A DNA stretch of 61,623 bases, counting the filler, from Sphacelaria rigidula (Eukaryota): assembly GCA_964200075.2 (NCBI GenBank). It is 9 parts of 9 records of this genome, joined end to end, with 100 filler letters (N's around TTAATTAATTAA, not from the genome) between each part and the next. Parts side by side here need not be neighbours in the genome. Positions count along the whole stretch, not along the records: positions 48,008 to 54,765 come from CAXNAA020018226.1; positions 54,866 to 61,623 come from CAXNAA020018227.1; 7 more parts are not named here. One strand, written 5' to 3'. A model generated the notes under the pieces. That model did no database searches and was not told the DNA's origin. It saw nothing but the letters and a program-made list of their open reading frames with translations. A program made the translations under genes and the position numbers. Of this stretch, positions 53,301 to 61,623 are shown piece after piece. Numbering within the stretch: the stretch's first letter is position 1; the number at the start of each line of letters is the position of its first letter.

Positions 53301-54010
53301 GCCCAAGCCATCGCGATCAACATGCTCGTCAGGTACACACCACCTGTCTGATGCGGCCAGATAATCCCATGGCCCTTACTTTATCGCATCTTGCGCTAGG
53401 GTGAATCGCTGAGGACTTCGACGTACGATGCGTAGTGTATCGCACCCGAACCCGACGCCCACAAAAACACAGACGCTGACCTTGCATCGCTGAGAAACGC
53501 GCTGGAGCGGCCTCCCCCCAATCACACACCGCTCGACATGGATCATGGAATCGCTCATTGCACATCGGCGATTATGACCGTTTTCAGACGAGAATGTTTC
53601 TCATCAACATCGGGCTCTTGTACATTCAAGATCCCGTGGAAAGGTCTCCGAAAACGAGAGCACCAGACAGAATTGCTGTTGGGCGGGATACCATCAGTTC
53701 CGCAATATGCGGTTTCCCTTGGTCCCGTCATGCAGCACCGAACGGGTGCAAAGTCTTGTGTACTCTTCACAGCACACATTATATATTCGCGCTGCCTACA
53801 GGTTCTAAACGGCGAACAAGACGAATCTCAAAGCGAATGACTGGGGAAGTATCTTCACGGATGTTGCCTGCAGGTTCTAAACGGCGAACAAGACGAATCC
53901 CAAAGCGAATGACTGGGGACGTATCTCCACAGATGCACAAACAGCCGCAACCCTCCTGGAGCGTTCAGAGAGGCAGATTCCTTGTGAGGCGTGGACCGAC
54001 GTCTTCGAAG
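50326..54010 (+). pseudogene. Spliced ParB/Srx-fold N-terminal domain plus putative HTH protein, pseudogenised
   Basis: Exon 50326-50741 with frameshifts repaired: IPLSQL...RELNPRGLQDVMRSLKVNGW...PPAVV...FRVLD(G)NHQVKA...IPCYVY; it joins in phase to exon 51894-52035 (ALNEVGE...VGAEAIAEEF). Further exon-like pieces at about 53180-53332 and 53800-54010. Confidence 0.65.
50969..51279. mobile_element. CAAGGG-TIR MITE, 8-bp TSD, in intron 1 of the ParB-like pseudogene
   Basis: TIR CAAGGGCAGGTCGGGTAGAGTATACTC / GAGTATACTCTACTCGACCTACCCTTG; TSD CAGCTTTG on both sides. Confidence 0.9.
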
Positions 54011-57000
54011 AGTAAGTTTGCATTAATTGTAACACGCGCGTCGACTGGGGTGGACCGTAACGGTTGTCGCAGGCAACAGTATTTCGAAAGTAAGGATTGC
54101 GTGTGCAGCACATTTTTGTGTCACGCTTAGGTTTGTACCCCTTATGCTAGCACACGTTCTGGCATCATTCCACCTTGCATAAAAAGCGTAGCGTTTCAGC
54201 AGGTGGCATAGATAGCGCAGCGTTTCAGCAAGTAGTGTAATCGATAATAAATTTTCAAATTGGGGGCATAATCGAGCATAACTTTTCCAGTAGAGTGGCA
54301 ACACTGGTCTAAATGTAGACGTGGTGTGATATTTTGGGGTCAAACTCTGCTATCATCGACCGCGGCCGGTCTGAAATACGTGAATGCTGAGGAACCAGTC
54401 ATTGAAACTGCCGGTCTGATTTTCATTTCTTTGATTCACTTCATCTATGTAAATGTATATTCACTGCATATAGTTTATGTGTAATATGCATGTAGTGATC
54501 GGTGGGTCTGCATCCGGTCGAACATGGCGCGCTTGTTGGATATTGCGAGCATAATTGAGCATAAATCCCATCTTGCGAGCATAAATCGAGCATATATTTT
54601 GTGAAAATTCGAGCATAAATTGCACTCCACGAGCTGAGTCTTTTGTGAAATTACTAGCATCAAAAAATGACTTTACTAGCATGAGGGGCAAAAGCATAGT
54701 AACGCTCAAGGAATGTATTTTGAGTCATCCTACGATAGGGGGGGGGGTGTTTTGGGCCATTTGTTNNNNNNNNNNNNNNNNNNNNNNNNNNNNNNNNNNN
54801 NNNNNNNNNTTAATTAATTAANNNNNNNNNNNNNNNNNNNNNNNNNNNNNNNNNNNNNNNNNNNNTGGCGTTACGGCGACCTGGTAACAGACGTTGGCCC
54901 CAGTTGTCAAAGGAGAAAACGAATTATTGGTAAGGAGGTCATATGTATGAAGAAACAGCCTGGATCTTCCACGGTCGCCTCCTCCGGGAACACCGGCTTC
55001 ATCGTGCACTCGACGTACAGGCTCCTTTGGACAACAAGAGACCCCGCATAGACGGTAGAATACCACCACTGGTGAACGTTTTCCTGGTGCTGCCGTACGA
55101 AACGAGTGTGCAGTTCATTTGGCAGATCACCGAGTATCGGTGGAGAGCATAAATTACGGCGAAATGATTCCGTAGCGAATACTGAGTCTCACGAAAAGCA
55201 GAAGTGGGGTACTCGCAGTGATACTTCCTCTTGACTAGTGTTTGCATCATACTACTCTGTGCTGTAATGCCACTGTCTGTATTGTACTGCTGTGCTGTGA
55301 CGACACTGAACCTGCCTGCCGGTCGCGAGGGTGACTCGCTTTGTGTCCGACTAGGGGTGAGCAGGGGATGCGGGGTCAACACGAAGCCGATATATCCCCT
55401 TTCTCATTTTGATCTCTGTTGACTTTCTTCCTTAGCTTGCGACCTTAGAGATGCTCCTAGCCGTGTTCGTGGCATGTTCTGCGTTATCCTTACGTTTTAT
55501 TTCTTTAAGTCATCAAAGTTGCCTTGCCTACACAGAAATGCAACAAGTGACGCGAGATGGGCATTTGGAAATCAAACGATCCAGGTTTGAGCTCTCAGTA
55601 TAAAGATGACTCTGACAGGGACGTACTTTATTCAGGTTCTACGGCGGGTTCGGCGTGTCTCCTGTCGTCTGAGAGCGCATGGGGCGAGAAACGATAGCTC
55701 CTCACAAGACATGGGAGGACTTACGAAATCATCTTCCCTCCACAGGCGCATTCAGTGGCGCGAGTTTCACATTATGACCTGACATTCGGTGTGAAAATGA
55801 CCGTCACAGGGCCGTATTTATTTGGGGATCTGCAGCAGGTTCTGCCGTCATCTGGAAACGCGACATCGACCTTGGCATGGCGCAGGGGACGTTAGCTGCT
55901 TGAAGACAAGTAGAGCTTATGAAATCATGTCGCCTACACAGAGATGCATCAAGTGGCGCGATATTCGCTCTGTGAGCTGAGATCAGTTTTTGAGAGTTAA
56001 TCAATCAACGGGTGGTCCCTCGGAATCAAATCGACGCACTTTCTCAATTTAGGATGAGAAAGTCCACTCCCCTGTCGGAGCTTGTGAAATACACAGAGAT
56101 GCATCGAGAGGGGGAAGATGCGCATTTTCAGCTGAGATCGGAATTATCGATCAAGGGGTAAGGGCCTGGTTTGTCGAGACGAAAAAAGAAGCGATCAAAA
56201 AGAACCGAGCGAGCTAGAAAAGTGTGCTCATTGGTTGGCCACTGCGATACCACCCCCTCCCAAGGAAAAGGAGCGACGCTTTTTTATATGGTGGCGGCGC
56301 TTCTCCAAGAAACAGCGGCGCATTTTTCTCATAACATATTGTGGAGTTCTTCAGGCTATTCTCCGATACATTTCATTGGGCGTTCTTCGCTTCAAAGAGC
56401 AAAATGAACTAGCGGCACAATGGCCCATGCTGTGGTACACACCTGTCACACAGCCCAGACCTGAGGCATATGCTCACAACACATCTGATCTCACTATCCC
56501 AGGATAAACGATGAGCTAGTTGCGCCATATCTGTTTATCAACTGCGCACGACTTTTTCGGCTCCAAAAAACTCAGTTCAAAATTGAATGACACACGGTGA
56601 TTTGTGTCAGAGAGGCGCCGTGTAGCACACTCCAAAATGATGACTTCATCTTGGAACGACCTCATTTGTTACACGCACACGGCCAGCCCTCTTCCAATGC
56701 CGAACGGGCTGCCGCAAATCAAACCGTGCTGTGGATTTATAAGCAAGAGCTGGCGCCATGGTCGCGGCAACGAATCGACATGCTACGTTTGGACGCTTGT
56801 TTCGTGTCTCGCTTCTGTTTTCGTCTCGATGAGACACGGCGTGAGGGCCCATCTTAACGGGATTGAAGAAAAAAGCGTAGAACGAAGCAGCATGATGATT
56901 GGTCGCCGTGCGGGTCTATGGTTGCTGCGACAACGTGCTGCTTTGCGGCGCTCATTTCGTTTTACGCTTCTTTATTTTGTCCCGTTAACCCTCCGATTGC

Positions 57001-57311
57001 GAAGTCCCCTCAAATAGACTCAGATGGACTATGCCTCATTTGTGCTTCAGGACAGCTGTGTTTTCACTACACCACACGCCTTTTTCCATGAACATGTGGA
57101 TGTTGGGCATATATAGACTCCGTATATGACAGAGTCCCGGAGAACCCCAGCCCAACTCTTCTCCTGTATTCAAGTGCGTGCAAGGTCAGTACGCATGTTG
57201 TGTGTCTTGGCTGGATACAACGGCAAGTAACAGTCTACGTGACATCGCTCTTTACCGAACACAGTCTCCTGCACACTGCTGATGTCTGCTTCATCGATTG
57301 GTCATCGCACA

Positions 57312-57426
57312 TTAACCCTTTTACAACCCACAGACGGTTTTTATTTTCGTGAATCGACATCGTTTCAAGTCAAAATTATGTCGATTCACAGAAACAAACA
57401 TCGTCTGTGGGTTCCAGAAGTGTTGA
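57312..57426. mobile_element. Short hairpin MITE with TTAA-CCC terminus (piggyBac-like)
   Basis: ttaaccctt..cccacagacgg...gtgaatcgacat is inverted as atgtcgattcac...cgtctgtggg...gttga; other ACCCTT...AAGGGTTAA-type elements occur at about 5012-5116 and 8911-9036. Confidence 0.55.
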
Positions 57427-58754
57427 CTGATATCCGGCCGTGGTCATATAATAGACGCCCCTGAGTTTGAGGCAAAACGGAAACACTCGATGAAGAAAAT
57501 AGTAGAGTGCAGAAAGGAGAGCAGACAGAAGACTGAAAGGAAAAAGAAAGAACAAATTACAACAAAGAGAAGACAAAGTCAAATGTAGAGAGAAAATGGC
57601 CGGCTTTTGCAACAAGGCTTCGGTGGAGAAGGTCTTGCGCAAAAGTACACGCTCGGCATATCGAAAAACACATTGTGTTCAAAACACTGCTACAGAAAAT
57701 GTGAAGCCATAGTGGCAACACAAGAGGGGTCAGGCAGGCGGAGAAGACTACGGGCAGAGTAAAAACCACATCGTTTGTGCCTATGCTTCTATGTTTGAAT
57801 GACCATGACCCAAATAGTAAAACACTGCTAAATTTCGAGGTAGCCCCTCGCAGTTCATCTGGGGTGACTATTCTGACCAATCGTAGCTATCAAATGGCCA
57901 CTCGGCTACCCTCGGGCCTCATTTGGCTTCGAACTCGTCGAATCTTCCGTGGGAAAATTCCAAGTACACATGGTTGGCTTAGCGAGTCACTCACCTGTTC
58001 TGCGAACAGGTCCCCACTCCCTCTCGAAAACAACTCCTCCGCCCGCCGGAACCCCCCGGATGTCCCTGGACTTCCACCTTATGAAACTATTCCGAGGCGA
58101 CGCTCGCAGTCAAAGAGTAAACCCGTAGGCAGCGAACCCCCCTAAAATGGACTCAGATAGCCTATAGTAGTTTCCCGCTGAATCAGGAGATTTCTAAAAA
58201 CATTATGTAGTTGACGATCCCCAATAGGTTTTTCGTGTGCCGCCCCTCATCGCAGTGAACGTCTGATACTAAATTTCGGAGATCGATTAATGTTAGGCAT
58301 ACGCTCAACACTCCGAAACAGAAATCATATCTGCACTTCATACCGGACGACTTAACGGGCTGACCGGTCCTTGGGGGTCCTATGATTACCCAGCCACAGG
58401 CTCTGACCCTTGGGTATTTTTGCTCGATCGAAGCAACCCCGATTGTCCTCGTGAACAGATGGATTTTTTTCTAATCCATTTTTTTAATTCATACCTATTA
58501 ATTGCGCTAGAGCCGAAAAACTGTGTTTTGTTTACCAGTGACGGTCGATAGCACCCCCTGATAAACGAGGCCCTCACTCTGTATCACCCCGACAACACCA
58601 ATTCGAGGATCGTGTCTTGAGCACCACCTGCTTATTTTTCCCAGTATCTATCGACTCTACGACTTTAGAGTGCTCAGGAAGAATCGTCTGCGAGAGAATT
58701 CAGAAGAAGTACCCGATCACAAAAATTGCTCAACCGAGCTCTGTATAGCACGGG

Positions 58755-59165
58755 AGGGGGGGGGGCGTGCTCACTTGTTGCTCGCCTTAGTCGTTTGACC
58801 ATTGACCACGCATCCCTTTCGAGACGGAGCACCGTTCCAACTTGTGATAGAGACACCTTCAACATTCCGGCGCTCATTACGACGTTTCTTCCATACATTG
58901 TGCAACAACAGTTCGCGTACCTTATCCCCGTCCTGTTTCACAATCTGTGGCCATCATCCATCTCCTATCATGGCCATCGTTCCACCTCCACTTTCAAATG
59001 CATCAAACGATTTCAAACCACCTTCATTCGCGTCCCCCGTTTCCCTCTCTAGCCCATCCCGTTCCTCCTCGCGTAGTTCACATTCTGCCACTATATGAGT
59101 TCTGCTCTCGATCGCTTCGCCACAGGGGCAATTCTGTGCATCTACACATGAGGGGGTGAACCCAT
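58755..59165 (-). mobile_element. Non-LTR retrotransposon (LINE) ORF2 3' end with CCHC knuckle
   Basis: CPCGEAIESRTHIVAEC knuckle followed by ...NVWKKRRNERRNVEGVS...APSRKGCVVNG; shorter 5'-truncated copies occur elsewhere in the window. Confidence 0.8.
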
Positions 59166-59658
59166 TCCCGTCGTTCTCGTGAGAGTATCCCATACTCATA
59201 CTATTAATTATCACCCAGTCATTGCACTAGAGCCGAAATACGCATATTTTCGACCCAAAAAGGTCAATAACACCCGCTGTCAATTCAGACCGGCATCTAT
59301 TATTATTAGTGCCCTTGCTATTATTCGTCGCACTTTGAATCCCTCCGCTTACTCGGGACGAGTCCGTGGTCTCAAGGGATCAACCCAACTCTCCCCGGTA
59401 CATTCCTTGCATTTTGGCCTAGCGGATTGGGTCACCACTCCCCCACCGCATTAGCTCTCGTCAAATACATTTGACTGATTTTTGTTTACTCACGTACTAG
59501 CGCTTTCGACGGTGGAAATCAGATAGTTCGAATAAAACACCCACCGTATCAGGGTTCGAACCTTCATTCTCTCCACCCTAACGGTGACGGTCGGACCATT
59601 ACACCGCCGGGGCGAGGCGGCATCGTAAGTCGTTTAATATTGAGCACAAGGACTATTT

Positions 59659-60580
59659 CAAGGGTAGGTCGAGTAGAGTACACTCAATACTCGGTATTAA
59701 TGAAGAGTCATACTTTCAGTATCCGAAGTTTGAGTAGAGTATTTGAGGTCGTACCCAACCTACTCAATTATTCGAGTAGAGTATTTGAGATCATCATCAG
59801 TCTACTCGCAATTTGAGTAGAGTATTGAGGTCATACTCAAGTGATACTCTATACTCAAGTATCACTGAGAGTGCTTACTCAACATTTGAGTAGAGTATCT
59901 GAGGTGGTACTCGATCTACTCCAAAGTTGAGTAGAGTATTGGAGGCCGTACTCAACGCACTCAAAATTTGAGTAGAGTATTGAGCAATGCTGCGGTACGG
60001 GTACACTTTTCCCGCAAAATATTGTCTGGTTCAGGAGCTCCTAATAATGACTCTAGATGCACGAGAATATGGCCAGGGCATCCCCGTTTGCGAATTCATT
60101 CGGGATATCCCCAGCACATGGAAGTAGTAATCCTGGCGTACTTTACATATTATCATAAGGGGTGTTTTGCATGAGATCAAGGGCTCCTAATAATTCTAAC
60201 CTCAGAAAATATTTGTGCACCCCTACCGTAGCATCACTCTATTTGAGGCCATACTCAACGTACTCAAAATTTGAGTAGAGTATTGAAGTCATACTCAAGT
60301 GACACTCTATACTCAAGTATTACTGAGAGTGCTTACTCAAAATTTGAGTGGAGTATTGGAGACCGTACTCAACCTACTCAAAACTTGCGTAGAGTATTTG
60401 AGGCCGTACTCAACCTACTCAAAATCCGAGTAGAGTATTGGAGGTCGTAATCGACCCACTCAAAGTTTGAGTAGGGTATCCGAGGCCGGATCCGATGTAC
60501 CAGAAACCTATAACTTCAACTTCAATATTCAAGTTCGTACGCAAGATACTCAAACTCGGGTAGAGGAAATACCGAGTTAT
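59659..60580. mobile_element. CAAGGG-TIR tandem-array element (opposite orientation to 46601-47574); right end not found; more array at about 61310-61510
   Basis: Starts CAAGGGTAGGTCGAGTAGAGTACACTC; units tactcaaaatttgagtagagtattgaggtcg. Confidence 0.8.
59982..60239. mobile_element. GAG...CTC Sola2-like MITE nested inside the CAAGGG element
   Basis: Homolog of 8253-8509; TSD TATT on both sides, cut from a gagtatt array unit. Confidence 0.85.
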
Positions 60581-61623
60581 TTCTAGAGTTGTCCACCCAT
60601 GATGAGTGTTGATTCAAGGTCAAACTTCAGCAAACACTCGGATCAGAACCAAATGGTACAAAACTAGGGTAGAATGAATGTCGGGGTATTGTCGAAGGGC
60701 GTTCGGATTGTAACGCGTAAAACTGGCGGGGGTACTGCAAATCGTCAAAATCATATCGAAGGATGGGCAGTCGAAGTCTTGTGTATAGTCCATACCCGGG
60801 CATCCGGACACGTCACTGGGGGTGTGACGCGTTTCACTCGCCTGCAAGTAGGGAAAAGGGGAAACAGCTGATGATGACGAAAGGGGCCATGAAGCACATG
60901 ATGACAGCGCCACAGAAAAAAAATCAGGATTCACAATCTGTCAAGCACACACGACAAGAGACGAAATACTCATTTTGATAATACCTACCTACTCGACTAC
61001 TCGGCTACTCGATTACTCGACGATGATGAGTAGCGCTCTGTACTGAAAGTGATTTCGAAGGCATTGCGAGGTATGGAGTATGAACTGCCGTGGGTGGGGG
61101 CTGGTGAGATGGGGCGCTGGGGCAGGTAGGTTTATTCACCTGCACGCTTTCTTTATTTTTTTATGACCATCATTCGCTCAAACTTCTTGTTGGCTGTGAT
61201 GTAACGCCGCCCGTCTGATTGATGGTCATCGTTCGCCCATGTATTCAACATTGTCTGTGAAGTGACGTCAGGAAGTCGCCGACTGTCAGGGATATTCACC
61301 ATACCCAAGAGGTACTCTATACTCAAGCATTTACGAAGAGTGCTTACGCAATATTTGAGTAGAGTATTTGAGGTCGTACTCGATCTACTCAAAATTTGAG
61401 TCGAGTATATGAGACCATACTCGAGCTACTCAAAATTTGATTAGATTTTTCGAGGCCTTACTCGACCTACTCAAAACTTGAGTAGAGTATTGAGTTCATA
61501 CTCAAACTTGTGCTTATGGCTGTCCCTCGAGAGGCCGCCAGATGGAACGTTGTGATTCTTAGTTATTTGGTCGGCGGTATTTGGGGCCTTGAGTCTCGCC
61601 CCCGTAGTCGGACCCTGTGTTCA

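Overview
This window is not one locus. It is nine separate contigs (one of 6759 bp, eight of exactly 6758 bp) joined by identical 100-bp spacers (44N-TTAATTAATTAA-44N), so nothing can be inferred across the gaps. The DNA is eukaryotic, intron-rich and repeat-rich; its intron and repeat style suggests a brown alga/stramenopile (inference). The one clear host gene is the 3' part of a spliced SET-domain (Rubisco-LSMT-like) methyltransferase (15127-20398, minus strand). Most other recognisable content is mobile-element derived: a spliced, decaying KDZ/Zisupton (HMGXB3-like) transposase; an Academ-like XPG/PIN nuclease with a Cys cluster; a spliced piggyBac transposase whose visible exons are intact (GC-AG intron, DDD triad retained); two Ty1/Copia and one Ty3/Gypsy fragments; LINE 3' ends; SINE-like repeats; and two MITE groups with verifiable target-site duplications. 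The most unusual item is an intron-containing, frameshifted ParB/Srx-fold plus putative HTH gene (50326-54010) that the ORF track hides. No rRNA, complete tRNA or CRISPR array was found.
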